A stretch of DNA of 64,000 bases, taken from the IMG/VR virus record IMGVR_UViG_3300024518_000034, positions 1 through 64,000 of that record. The stretch is one strand, 5' to 3'. The DNA comes from a virus. Shown one piece after another: positions 6,344 to 15,693 of the stretch. Every line of letters starts with the position of its first letter. Within the stretch, counting starts at the first letter, position 1. The position numbers and the translations under genes were made by a program. The notes under the pieces are model-generated. The model saw nothing but the letters and a program-made list of their open reading frames with translations. It had not been told where the DNA came from and ran no database searches.

Positions 6344-6632
6344 TGTTTGACGAGTAATACAAACGAATACACAAGTAAACAAACGAGGATTACAAGAGTT
6401 TGAGGATGGTAAGGATTGCAGGGCGTCTAAAAGGGCTGAATAAGGGCGCGTCCCCGCGCCGTCCAGCAATCCTTAACTTTACATAACGGCATAAACACAT
6501 AAAGCGTACAATACTCATATAAAAGAAAAATAAAGAAAGATAGGGGGGATTGCAGGTTTTTCGGTCATAGCTGGTAGGCAGTAAGTTACGAATTTGACAC
6601 TTTAGATAACATTTCAGTCGAGGGAAACAAAA

Positions 6633-6911
6633 ATGCAGAAGGTAGAAGTGGTCAACGCGCTACGGGCAATCTTGGAAGCTGCAAACCTGGCCGATGCAAC
6701 GGAACCGGTTAGAAACGATCTACCGGCTGGCGCGGCATTCGAGCGAGGCGGCTTGTACGGTCACATCAAGCAGGCGCTGATTTCGCTGGGCGAAGGAGAA
6801 GCGCAGGAACAGTGGACGATCACGGGTGAATGGCCCTCAGACGAGTTGAGTTGCATCAATTGCGACGGTCGCCCGTGTTGGGGCTGTCCGGTGGATCAGA
6901 TCGGTAGCTAA
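6633..6911 (+). CDS. Hypothetical protein with C-terminal CxxC-x3-CxxC
   Basis: GAGGG SD; CINCDGRPCWGC. Confidence 0.7.
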   Translation: MQKVEVVNALRAILEAANLADATEPVRNDLPAGAAFERGGLYGHIKQALISLGEGEAQEQWTITGEWPSDELSCINCDGRPCWGCPVDQIGS

Positions 6912-6930
6912 AGAAAAATAAAAGAATAAG

Positions 6931-6959
6931 TTGGCAATCGTTGGAAATCGTGATAAGCT
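6931..6959 (+). promoter_or_regulatory. Sigma70-type promoter upstream of the sigma gene (TTGGCA-N17-TAAGCT)
   Basis: A-rich UP element, 17-nt spacer. Confidence 0.45.
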
Positions 6960-7005
6960 TTATGTGTTCAGCAAGTAACTAACACTTTTCAAACGGAGCG
7001 CGAAA

Positions 7006-7572
7006 ATGACCAAAACGCAGCAGGCTTTCATCGTGCAGTACCTGGACCTGGCGATTCGCATCGCCTCGAAAATCCTGGGGGAGTGGATCGACCCGGATAG
7101 CGATAAGGGAGCCAGCGCGTATTTCGGGCTCGTTGAAGCGGCCCAAAAGTTCGACGCCGACAAGGGCACGCCGGAAAGCTGCGTTTGGCTTTACGTGAGA
7201 AAGCGTGTTCTGCGCGATCTGCAATCATTCACTCGCACCAGTAAGTCGAGAGCGTGCAACGCTTGCAAGGGCAAGATCAAGGTTGCAACGTGCGATGCTT
7301 GCGGTGGAACGGGTCGCCAGGTTGTAACGCTCGGGATCGCTGGACAGGTTGGGAAGTGGGATGCGAATAACGAGGACGCGGAACAGGTTGGCACGCTTCT
7401 TGACACGCTCGACTCACGAGCCCGCGACATCCTCACCCAGCGCTACCTCGGGAAGCGCACACAACAGCAGGTTGCCGACAAGCTCGGCATCAGTCGCCAG
7501 TACGTTACGAAGATCGAGAGGCAGGCTCTGGCATCGCTGAGAATCGCTGCTAAGGGGTCGCCAGTCCAATAA
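7006..7572 (+). CDS. Phage RNA polymerase sigma factor (sigma70 family regions 2 and 4) with Zn-finger insert
   Basis: AYFGLVEAAQKFDADKG (region 2); RDILTQRYL..TQQQVADKLGISRQYVTKIERQAL (region 4 HTH); CNACKG...CDACGGTG between them. Confidence 0.85.
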   Translation: MTKTQQAFIVQYLDLAIRIASKILGEWIDPDSDKGASAYFGLVEAAQKFDADKGTPESCVWLYVRKRVLRDLQSFTRTSKSRACNACKGKIKVATCDACGGTGRQVVTLGIAGQVGKWDANNEDAEQVGTLLDTLDSRARDILTQRYLGKRTQQQVADKLGISRQYVTKIERQALASLRIAAKGSPVQ

Positions 7573-7790
7573 GTATAGCGGCTGGTATGCTGGCGCGTTG
7601 GACACGTCCCAAACGCTCAGGCTGGCTCGCTCACATAGCGTGCCAGACCTGGGCTCTACGCTGATTTGTTTTTTATATATTTTTAGAGGGGGTTGGTTAG
7701 CAAACTTATGGGACTCCTACCGGTGCGCGGGGTGGGGGGTGGTTACTTCTGTATATATATACCAAAAATTTTGAACTCTTAATAAGCGAT

Positions 7791-7973
7791 TTAGGAATAC
7801 TTGACGATGAGACTATTGAACTTCCTTGCCATAGCTCCGTAATGCCATTTAATTGACGAGTCAGTCTGCGCCTTTGCGTTGGCCTCGCATATCGCTGCTG
7901 CTTCCATCAAGCCAGCTTTGTATCCATCAGCATATGTTCTATTTTTATTACCTGCCTGCTGTCCTTTGTTCAT
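7791..7973 (-). CDS. Hypothetical protein (60 aa)
   Basis: ORF track; AAGGAG SD on minus strand. Confidence 0.6.
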   Translation of the reverse strand: MNKGQQAGNKNRTYADGYKAGLMEAAAICEANAKAQTDSSIKWHYGAMARKFNSLIVKYS

Positions 7974-7987
7974 CCTAATCTCCTTAA

Positions 7988-8494
7988 TTAGTATTGAATC
8001 CCATATCTAATTAACCACTTCAATCTACTCAAGTTATAATGCCTAACTCTATGGCAATTTGAACACAATAGAACACACTTCATAGCTTCTTTAAGAATAT
8101 CCTCCCATGATTTACTCATATTTTTAACAGTTAATCTGAAGGACATAGTTGCAGGATCTGTATGGTGAAAGTCATATATTGAATCAATAGAACTTATCAG
8201 CCCACAATCCTTACATTCTTGATCAAATATTTTAATTAATACAGATCTACGATGTCTTAATTTTTTCTGCACACATGTATGTTTTTTTCTTGCGCGAATT
8301 CTTGAACATAATATGCAAAAATGATGACTGGATGTATAAAATTCATCAGTGAACTTTATAATGCCACACATCTTACAACCCTTTATTCCATTCTTTGCTA
8401 GTTTAGTATTGTTAAAATAGTGAAATCCTGAGGAGATTGTCTTCTCCTTGCGTTGCAGTTCTCTCGTTCTCATCTTCACTAAACATCTCCACAT
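7988..8494 (-). CDS. HNH endonuclease
   Basis: CKDCG...YDFHHTDP...CVLLCSNCHRVRH. Confidence 0.85.
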   Translation of the reverse strand: MWRCLVKMRTRELQRKEKTISSGFHYFNNTKLAKNGIKGCKMCGIIKFTDEFYTSSHHFCILCSRIRARKKHTCVQKKLRHRRSVLIKIFDQECKDCGLISSIDSIYDFHHTDPATMSFRLTVKNMSKSWEDILKEAMKCVLLCSNCHRVRHYNLSRLKWLIRYGIQY

Positions 8495-8787
8495 ATATCC
8501 AGCGCAGCATCATACCCTGTTAAGAATGCTCCTATTTTAAGGAAATCGTAAACATTCACAGGAGTAACGCTGAATATCTTTTCATCATTTCTATACAAAT
8601 TTATACTCGCAGAATTTAACTCAAGAGCAAGCTTTAGCCCTAACTGGTTAACCTCCTTGACCCATTCTTTCCAAAGATAGTTAAAGTCAATATCAGTAGT
8701 TATTCTTCTGTCTGCTGATTTTTTATATTTTAAATAAGCTGCACTATTGAATAAATCGTTAAAATCTAAATCTTTTAAATCGTTCAT
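8479..8787 (-). CDS. Hypothetical protein
   Basis: ORF track; likely start MNDLK after GGGGAG SD. Confidence 0.6.
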   Translation of the reverse strand: MNDLKDLDFNDLFNSAAYLKYKKSADRRITTDIDFNYLWKEWVKEVNQLGLKLALELNSASINLYRNDEKIFSVTPVNVYDFLKIGAFLTGYDAALDICGDV

Positions 8788-9035
8788 TACTTCTTCTCCC
8801 CTAAAAGCCAAGGCCTTTTGATAAACTCATTCACCTTTTCCATATCTAATGTATATCCCATTCCGTCGTCTGCCAGTGGCCTATCTTCTACTTCGTGCCT
8901 CTCAATAAAAACTCTGTCGTAAGCTGCCTCATTGTTGTCCATGGTATGCTTCGCTAACTTCTCTGAGACACAGACTCGTATCACTTCGGTGTTGTCATAG
9001 TTCCAATGACCCAACACTATCCACACTTCTTTCAT
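8787..9035 (-). CDS. Hypothetical protein
   Basis: ORF track; likely start MKEVW after GGAGG SD. Confidence 0.65.
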   Translation of the reverse strand: MKEVWIVLGHWNYDNTEVIRVCVSEKLAKHTMDNNEAAYDRVFIERHEVEDRPLADDGMGYTLDMEKVNEFIKRPWLLGEKK

Positions 9036-9123
9036 TCTCCCCCTCCTATTAATTAATAATAAATAAAAAGCCATATAATTGTATGTCAATTATATAGCTA
9101 TTAACTTTTCCACTTGTACACCT

Positions 9124-9152
9124 ATTATACCAAGTAGACTAGAAGGTGTCAA
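9124..9152 (-). promoter_or_regulatory. Consensus sigma70 promoter TTGACA-N17-TATAAT with extended -10 TG
   Basis: Plus strand ATTATA 9124-9129 and TGTCAA 9147-9152. Confidence 0.85.
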
Positions 9153-9213
9153 TCCTGAGGGGAAATTATTTTGCGGTGAATAGGAGGGCTAATCGCTGCA
9201 AGAGTTGCGGTGG

Positions 9214-10890
9214 TTAGAGTGTTTCGGAGAATTGATCGGGGTTTTGTAGTTGTTGTGCTGCGAGGTCATACTGTTCGTCGGCCTGTTGTTCTGCCATTGC
9301 TGCTTCCCACTCGTCCGGTCTTTCTTTTTTAAATCTTTCCATATATTGTTCATGGGTTTCATTGGCTAAGTATTGTTTTAGTCTTTCAATTTCTTCTAAG
9401 GCAAACTTTAATGAAAACATATAGTCACCGTCAGGGTCAATGAGCTTTTCTATTGCAGGTATTCTTACGATATCATGGTCAGCCCTTTCTCCACCCCGAT
9501 AGCCACCAATTCTATCATCGATAGTTGCGTTTACGTCATGAATTTCTTTAAAAGTATACTCATTCATCTTCCACAAGTAATCTTCTATCTCTTCTGGCTC
9601 ATTCTCGCTTATGGCTTTTTCTATCATTGGAGAAGGAGCTTCGAATCTATTTCCCGCATAAGTAAGGGCAAGAAGTGAATCTTTTGCAATATATGGCTCA
9701 AGATGCGGTAATGGGTCTATTCCGGTATTATTTACTAATTTTTCTGTCAAAAGGTCGCTTTTGCCGACAGCATCGAACAATTCTTTAGGAAAATAGCTCC
9801 AGTCATATTTGCCACCATAGTTTGATGATCCTTGGTCCATTAGCCAATTAAATGCTGATTCTGGGTCTCTAGCGGCTGTATTGTTAAGGAATTGTCCAAT
9901 TTCTTTATAATCACCTTCATCGTTTATTTCTACGTCGTAAATATCCATAACCTGTATGTCTTCACCAAAATGCCATTGAAAGTAAGGTGCTTTATCTTTA
10001 AATAAAGTGTACATTTTACCGTCATCTAAGTAGCTTTGTGCCGTTGACCCATCAGTATCGTAGTCGCCTCTAGTACACCATCTTGTTCCATTACCTAAAG
10101 CGTTGAGACCTTTTGCAGAATTAGACTGAATTATATCATATTGTTCATCTTGATACACTAATTCGCCATCTTCTCCACCCTCCGATATGTCCAGACCCTC
10201 AATCCTCTTATCTAATGTCGCCCCTCTGTCTCTTTTGTAGTGTTTTGGGTAGTAATCTGATAAGTGTTTGTCAATTTCTTGAGGTGATCTGAACTCATCA
10301 AACCTTTTGTCAGCTTTATCGATAATTCCATTCTTATCTAAGTGATGATACAGTGCCATTATATTTTTAGTGTCTTCAGCATCTTCAGCGTGCCATGCAT
10401 ATTTTATATATGATTTTGCAAGCCAGTCAGAGTATTTAGCTGCATCCTGCCCAGTCGGATCTACATCGATGATCATTTCAACGGCATCAATAGCTCTTCT
10501 TATACCACCATAAGTATTCTCTCCATGTAGGACGCCTGAAAAAAAGTTTCCGCCAACTACCTCTCTGCCGTCCTGACCTGCACTAATCCAAGCATTTCCA
10601 TCTCTTATCGATTCTTGAATTGCTCTGCTTTTGAAAATATTGGGCCAATCTTTTTCTAAGTCTCTAGAGTATCTAACTTTATTAATTCCTTCTTGCCATG
10701 ACATGTCAAAGAAATTATATGAATTGAAAATTCCTTTCCATTCAAAGAAATCACCATCTGACTCTATCAGTGGATGGTCTCCAGATTCTTTAGCACATTT
10801 TTCATTCCACAAATATAGCTGCAATTGGTTCTTTTTCTTTTTAGAGATTGCCTCTATTCGTTTCCCGTGCCATAGTTCTAGAATGCTCAT
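9214..10890 (-). CDS. 558-aa protein with leader MSILELWHGKRIEA and central GTxWC domain
   Basis: Start at 10890 avoids overlap with the divergent gene; LGNGTRWCT motif; acidic composition. Confidence 0.8.
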   Translation of the reverse strand: MSILELWHGKRIEAISKKKKNQLQLYLWNEKCAKESGDHPLIESDGDFFEWKGIFNSYNFFDMSWQEGINKVRYSRDLEKDWPNIFKSRAIQESIRDGNAWISAGQDGREVVGGNFFSGVLHGENTYGGIRRAIDAVEMIIDVDPTGQDAAKYSDWLAKSYIKYAWHAEDAEDTKNIMALYHHLDKNGIIDKADKRFDEFRSPQEIDKHLSDYYPKHYKRDRGATLDKRIEGLDISEGGEDGELVYQDEQYDIIQSNSAKGLNALGNGTRWCTRGDYDTDGSTAQSYLDDGKMYTLFKDKAPYFQWHFGEDIQVMDIYDVEINDEGDYKEIGQFLNNTAARDPESAFNWLMDQGSSNYGGKYDWSYFPKELFDAVGKSDLLTEKLVNNTGIDPLPHLEPYIAKDSLLALTYAGNRFEAPSPMIEKAISENEPEEIEDYLWKMNEYTFKEIHDVNATIDDRIGGYRGGERADHDIVRIPAIEKLIDPDGDYMFSLKFALEEIERLKQYLANETHEQYMERFKKERPDEWEAAMAEQQADEQYDLAAQQLQNPDQFSETL

Positions 10891-10936
10891 ACTAATACTA
10901 TAGTTATAATCTCCAGGCTGGTATTGTATTAGTATA

Positions 10937-12613
10937 ATGAGCATTTTAAATCTATTTAATAACCAAAGATCCGCTGCCAACGAGCGTAAGGATAAAGAAC
11001 TCATTAGAAAGACTCTTTACAAGGACACATCGTTTGTTGATGCTCAAGTCGATGGGATTTTGTACAGCCTTGATAGGCTAATAGGTGAATATGAGCGCCG
11101 TGACCGAAGAAGACCACCTCAAGCTATTAGAAATATGATAAAGTGGCAATCTGAATCAGTATTTGATCTTCTTGATATAGATTTGGAAATGGAAGCAGCT
11201 AATTTTGAAAATCAATTTAATCCAAGCAATGAGGAATTAATGTCTCATGTAAAGGACGCTTACCACAGTATTTCGCCATTTGTCAACTCTGAAAATCCTA
11301 TTGAAGATTTTCCAGAGTTAACAGGCAAAATAGTTGATGAAAAGGTAGATGATGTGTGGGCGAACCTAGTAAGTGATAAAACAGGTAAAAGATACTCTCA
11401 ACAAATACTCTTGTGGTGGTCAAGAGGATCTACAGCACAGAATCTAGGTGAAGACCTCCCTGCAATCGTTGACAGCATTAAATTATTTGAAAAGCATAAG
11501 AAGTCACTACCTAAAAATAATATTAGTCAGTACAAGCGTTGGGACCAGTTAAATGAAGTGTTAGAACCTATTCGTGTCGCTGAAGCCGCTGAAAACAGAG
11601 ATCTAAGATTGGAAAGTGGAGAGACAGTAGATGAATTAGTTGGTCTAACTGAAGAACAAAGAGAATTTATGGATCCAAAACAAATGAGGTTTCCCGGCAC
11701 AGAATATCCTCAAAGTTCTGGTAATGTAGTAGTAAAGCAAATAAAAACTTTCGAAGAAGCCAAAGCGCTGGGTGAAGGTACTACTTGGTGTTTTACTAAT
11801 AGTCCTAACTATTATAGTCAGTATTCTAACAGAGGACCGATATATATTGTATTAGATAACGGTGATCCCAAAGTTGGCATTGGGATAGATGGAGATTGGG
11901 ACATTGAGATAAAAAATTCCAATAATAGACATCTTACTGGAAAAGAAGAAGATTTGTATGGCCCCATCGTTGAAAGAATAACTCAACTAAACGATATGGT
12001 AGAGGCGCTAGAAAATCAAGCAAACGACGACGAGCAAAGAGTAATTGACGAGTGTGAATATTGTGGAGGCGACATATGGGGGTATGGCAACGATGACGAC
12101 GAATATTTTGCTTTTGAAAGTGGCACTGTGTGTGAAAGTTGTTATTCGGAGTATGGATGTCGAGCGGGATATTACGAGCATGGTTGGAAAAACTCAGATG
12201 ATACGTTTGAAGATCCAAGAGATGAAGAAGTGGGTGGCAAAATATCATCTTGTTGGAGTTGTGCCGAAAGTGATGAGCTAGTTACGCAGTGTGCGGCGTG
12301 TGAAGATATAATATTTAAAAATTATCCTTACAAACACGGTTATAGTCGCAATTTTGAAATTGATAATTATTTTATAAGTATGGAAGGTGACCTGTGCGAA
12401 GACTGTGGTGCAAAGTGCATAGTGTGCGAAGAAGGATTTTTAAATACAAGTAAAAACAAAGAGGAAGATTTCATCTGCAACGAATGTAGGCAAATGGATT
12501 TTCCAGAAGTAGAACAGCAGCCAGTCTATGAACAGCCAGTAGGAGATTGGGAAGGCGAATTTTTTCCTCAAGGAGATCCGAATATAATTCACTATAAGGC
12601 GTTAGGAGAATAA
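10937..12613 (+). CDS. 558-aa protein with leader MSILNLFNNQRSAA, central GTxWC domain and C-terminal CxxC array
   Basis: LGEGTTWCF motif; many CxxC pairs in the last ~200 aa. Confidence 0.85.
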   Translation: MSILNLFNNQRSAANERKDKELIRKTLYKDTSFVDAQVDGILYSLDRLIGEYERRDRRRPPQAIRNMIKWQSESVFDLLDIDLEMEAANFENQFNPSNEELMSHVKDAYHSISPFVNSENPIEDFPELTGKIVDEKVDDVWANLVSDKTGKRYSQQILLWWSRGSTAQNLGEDLPAIVDSIKLFEKHKKSLPKNNISQYKRWDQLNEVLEPIRVAEAAENRDLRLESGETVDELVGLTEEQREFMDPKQMRFPGTEYPQSSGNVVVKQIKTFEEAKALGEGTTWCFTNSPNYYSQYSNRGPIYIVLDNGDPKVGIGIDGDWDIEIKNSNNRHLTGKEEDLYGPIVERITQLNDMVEALENQANDDEQRVIDECEYCGGDIWGYGNDDDEYFAFESGTVCESCYSEYGCRAGYYEHGWKNSDDTFEDPRDEEVGGKISSCWSCAESDELVTQCAACEDIIFKNYPYKHGYSRNFEIDNYFISMEGDLCEDCGAKCIVCEEGFLNTSKNKEEDFICNECRQMDFPEVEQQPVYEQPVGDWEGEFFPQGDPNIIHYKALGE

Positions 12614-12713
12614 CTAACATGCTCGCAATAAAGATTTTTACTTTTTTAGCTGTATTGGTTATGTCAATCTTTATTATCTGTACATCAGATTAACATCAAT
12701 TCAATCCATTTTG

Positions 12714-12896
12714 TTATCCTAACTTATATTTATCTATTGACTTTCCATCCGACGCCCACAGTTCAATTTCTTCACATTTCCAATCGCCTGTCGGCGTAGG
12801 ACCATCATATTCTCTAGATGTGCAATATGCTAATGTCGCGTGGGCTTTAAACTGCCTATGTCTATCTTCAATATTGATTCCTTCATTTTCTATCAC
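12714..12896 (-). pseudogene. C-terminal fragment of a 2H phosphoesterase (2'-5' RNA ligase-like)
   Basis: FKAHATLAY = second HxT motif only; 60 aa. Confidence 0.5.
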
Positions 12897-12905
12897 TCGC
12901 TTTCT

Positions 12906-13514
12906 CTAGCTCCACCAAACATAAAGTATTGGCTTTAGTTCATCTATAATTGCTTCATCCTTAAACAAGTTAAAATATCTACATGTAAATTTTACGCAAT
13001 CTGGTACTTTTGGCTTTTCATATTTTGTTGGATCATAAAATTCTTTATTGCGAAAAACTTCATAAGGATATATTCCTTTAGAAATGTCTAAAACTCTAGG
13101 AATTAAATCTTTCTGTGTTTCTTTTTCTTCATGATAATCAATTAAATCATCATATCTCCGCCAATCTTTGAAATTTCCTGGCGGTATAATTAGACATACA
13201 TTGCTAAGACCGCCTTCAGTATCATGAATGATAGTATTATATGGACTCCACCGATAAGAATCTTGCCACTCCTTCAATCTTTCACATGCTTGATATTCTA
13301 TTAAAGCACTAAACGATTCTCCTTGAATTTTACCATCACATATTACCTTGCAAAACTCTATATATCCATCCAATGTAAACTTTTCTTCTTCATCTTCATC
13401 AAATCTTTGGTGCATATATCCTTTTGGATTAAATCTGTCATCTATAATCTCATGGTCTTTACATTTAACATCAGTTAAAGCATACCCCAAAGCTTTGTGT
13501 ATTCTAATTCCCAC
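12906..13514 (-). CDS. Hypothetical protein (202 aa)
   Basis: Long ORF within the operon. Confidence 0.75.
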   Translation of the reverse strand: MGIRIHKALGYALTDVKCKDHEIIDDRFNPKGYMHQRFDEDEEEKFTLDGYIEFCKVICDGKIQGESFSALIEYQACERLKEWQDSYRWSPYNTIIHDTEGGLSNVCLIIPPGNFKDWRRYDDLIDYHEEKETQKDLIPRVLDISKGIYPYEVFRNKEFYDPTKYEKPKVPDCVKFTCRYFNLFKDEAIIDELKPILYVWWS

Positions 13515-13941
13515 TTTGTTTCTCTTTTATAAGGATTGCAGCTTTTTTCATGTCCGCTGAATCGCCAAAGTATTGCTTCACGCTTTTCATCATTGAGCCA
13601 AACTTGTGTTTGGCGGGAATATCACCTAAGTCCCCATATTCCCTATCGATAAAAGCTGACAATTCTTCGTCAGATGCGAGCGCGGGGAGATATCCTGAGA
13701 GGATATCTATTTCTTTATTTAAATTTTTAGAAGTATAGCTAGTCTCATCCCCTATTCTATTAATTGTTTCTGTTAAGCTCTTCACCGTACTCTTAATTGT
13801 TTTAATAACTGAGGGGTCGTCAGGGGTCTTATTTTGCCTTGTGGCGTCACCTATGAGAACACCAAGCAAACTAGACTTAGTCTTATCGTGATTCTTCATA
13901 GCTTCGCGCCTATCTCTTTCAATTATCTTTAAAATATTCAT
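13504..13941 (-). CDS. GatB/YqeY-domain protein
   Basis: RDRREAMKNHDKTKSSLLGVLIG...EIDILSGYLP...FGSMMKSVK. Confidence 0.75.
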   Translation of the reverse strand: MNILKIIERDRREAMKNHDKTKSSLLGVLIGDATRQNKTPDDPSVIKTIKSTVKSLTETINRIGDETSYTSKNLNKEIDILSGYLPALASDEELSAFIDREYGDLGDIPAKHKFGSMMKSVKQYFGDSADMKKAAILIKEKQSGN

Positions 13942-14135
13942 TAATCTCTCCAGTGGTCCGAAAATTTCTTTTGTATGTCTTTTGGTAATGCTCTAAATAT
14001 TTGCCATTGTTGTTCTGTAGGTAGTTTTAGTAAATATTTTAAATCTACTTTGTCTTTGAATGGTGATCTATCATCTAGCACCACTTTAATTACTGCCGCG
14101 AGTTCCTGAATTTTTGCTTTGCTTAACTTTTTCAT
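13941..14135 (-). CDS. Hypothetical protein (64 aa)
   Basis: ORF track; translational coupling. Confidence 0.55.
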   Translation of the reverse strand: MKKLSKAKIQELAAVIKVVLDDRSPFKDKVDLKYLLKLPTEQQWQIFRALPKDIQKKFSDHWRD

Positions 14136-14496
14136 TTTCTATCACCATTTTAATTCCGTAATTCGCTCCACGCTTGCAGAAGGTCCACTTACCGTGGACC
14201 TTACCATTTTCAATTTTTGCAGTTTTAACAAGGTTTAACATATCTGTCACAAACATTTCATAACAGGTTCCTGAGTCGTCCTTTAAAATAAATTTTACTG
14301 AACTGCGACCTCTATGGTATGTGTCAATGGTCAGTATAGCTTCAAATTCATGATTTTCTATCCATTCATATTCTTCATCATATCGATTTTCTGGATAATC
14401 AACAAGATTTCCATTCATTTTATAAAATGCAACTCTCAAAGTATTATCCGCTGTATAAAATTTACACCCGCCGCCTGACCTTCTCTTTATACCCAT
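14086..14496 (-). CDS. Hypothetical protein (136 aa)
   Basis: ORF track. Confidence 0.65.
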   Translation of the reverse strand: MGIKRRSGGGCKFYTADNTLRVAFYKMNGNLVDYPENRYDEEYEWIENHEFEAILTIDTYHRGRSSVKFILKDDSGTCYEMFVTDMLNLVKTAKIENGKVHGKWTFCKRGANYGIKMVIENEKVKQSKNSGTRGSN

Positions 14497-14729
14497 TATT
14501 TCTTCACCCCTTTTGATTTTTCAACAATTGCAGCTTCTACTTTTGGAGCATGATTCTCAAATCTTCCATTATCATAACCCCAATTATATCCCATACCAAA
14601 AACAAAGATATACCAACCTATCTCGGCATATCTACCATAGCCTTTCATAGTCAGGCCAACAGTTAGAATGAAACCAGCGCCAACTGCAACGTGCCCGATC
14701 ATTGTTTTCCATGTAGCCTTTTTAGTCAT
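14496..14729 (-). CDS. Small membrane protein (2 TM)
   Basis: Two hydrophobic segments. Confidence 0.6.
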   Translation of the reverse strand: MTKKATWKTMIGHVAVGAGFILTVGLTMKGYGRYAEIGWYIFVFGMGYNWGYDNGRFENHAPKVEAAIVEKSKGVKK

Positions 14730-14962
14730 TACTTTACCCTAACTTCGTTGTGTGTTTCAATCCAGACGTGTGCCCCGCAGCTTAATGGCTTGTCTGGGGA
14801 ATAGATAACTTTAGCTGCGACGTTTCCATTTTCATCCAAAATCTCTGCTTCGTGTCCATACCTGTTGTCTTTATATGTTTTAATAGAAAGCACAGGAATG
14901 TTTGTCCCGTGCTTTCTATTTTTCTTAATATTGTGTTGATTCACATGTATTCGCTTAATCAT
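14729..14962 (-). CDS. Conserved phage hypothetical protein (IHVNQHxIKxN...PLSCGAHVWIET)
   Basis: Recognisable phage family motif; start MIKRIHVN. Confidence 0.7.
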   Translation of the reverse strand: MIKRIHVNQHNIKKNRKHGTNIPVLSIKTYKDNRYGHEAEILDENGNVAAKVIYSPDKPLSCGAHVWIETHNEVRVK

Positions 14963-15326
14963 TCTTTTTGTCTGCTTGTTCCTTCCTAATCTTAGACGCT
15001 GAGATATCTTCAGTCGCTTCATCTAACTTGATCTGCTCTATATTATACCCGACTTTCCTTCCGTAGTACACAGTCAAATCGCAGCCAGGGTCATCTAGCT
15101 GAATTATTTTTACCTTTGACAAGTCTGGATAGTGTTTTCTAATCAGATTATATCTTTCAAGAAAAGTCAAAGGATTGCTGTCGTCTCGTTGAGTTTCTCT
15201 TACATAAATTACGCAAGTATTACATTCTTCCAAAATCTTATCTATACACGCTTTGTGACCATCATGCAATCCAATCTCTGGAACCTGAAATCTTCCTATA
15301 AATACTCCTGTTTTAATTTTCGTCAT
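14955..15326 (-). CDS. Cytidylyltransferase-like (HIGH-superfamily) nucleotidyltransferase
   Basis: VFIGRFQ...LHDGH and ISASKIR motifs. Confidence 0.8.
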   Translation of the reverse strand: MTKIKTGVFIGRFQVPEIGLHDGHKACIDKILEECNTCVIYVRETQRDDSNPLTFLERYNLIRKHYPDLSKVKIIQLDDPGCDLTVYYGRKVGYNIEQIKLDEATEDISASKIRKEQADKKND

Positions 15327-15693
15327 TTGTTTTCTCCCTTAAATATTTTTGATGAGGACATTCTTTATAAAAACCTTTGGCCATATTGCAATTATGACAC
15401 AACACTTGATATCCTTCTGGAAACTCTTGCTGAATTAGCCAGCTATAAATGTATTTTGAACCCAATTCCTTCCTGTGCTGAGTTCCACCTCCATCAATAT
15501 GATCTATGGACAAAAACTCATAAGTCACTTCTCCGCAACATGCACAAGACAGAGATTTATTACTATAATGAGATGGTACTTTTAATCGTTGATTTTTCCA
15601 ATAAGTTCGTTTCTTTTGTAAGAGACTGTCTCTATTTTTCTCTCTGTACCATTTACTATATGCAGCACGCGCTTTTTTATCTTTCAGTGGCAT
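15313..15693 (-). CDS. HNH endonuclease
   Basis: CACCGE...SIDHIDGGG...QVLCHNCNMAKG. Confidence 0.85.
   Translation of the reverse strand: MPLKDKKARAAYSKWYREKNRDSLLQKKRTYWKNQRLKVPSHYSNKSLSCACCGEVTYEFLSIDHIDGGGTQHRKELGSKYIYSWLIQQEFPEGYQVLCHNCNMAKGFYKECPHQKYLREKTNDEN

Noticed and set aside
10891-11004. 596-aa version of the minus-strand gene
   Set aside because: Would overlap the divergent gene; ATG 10890 gives the shared MSIL leader
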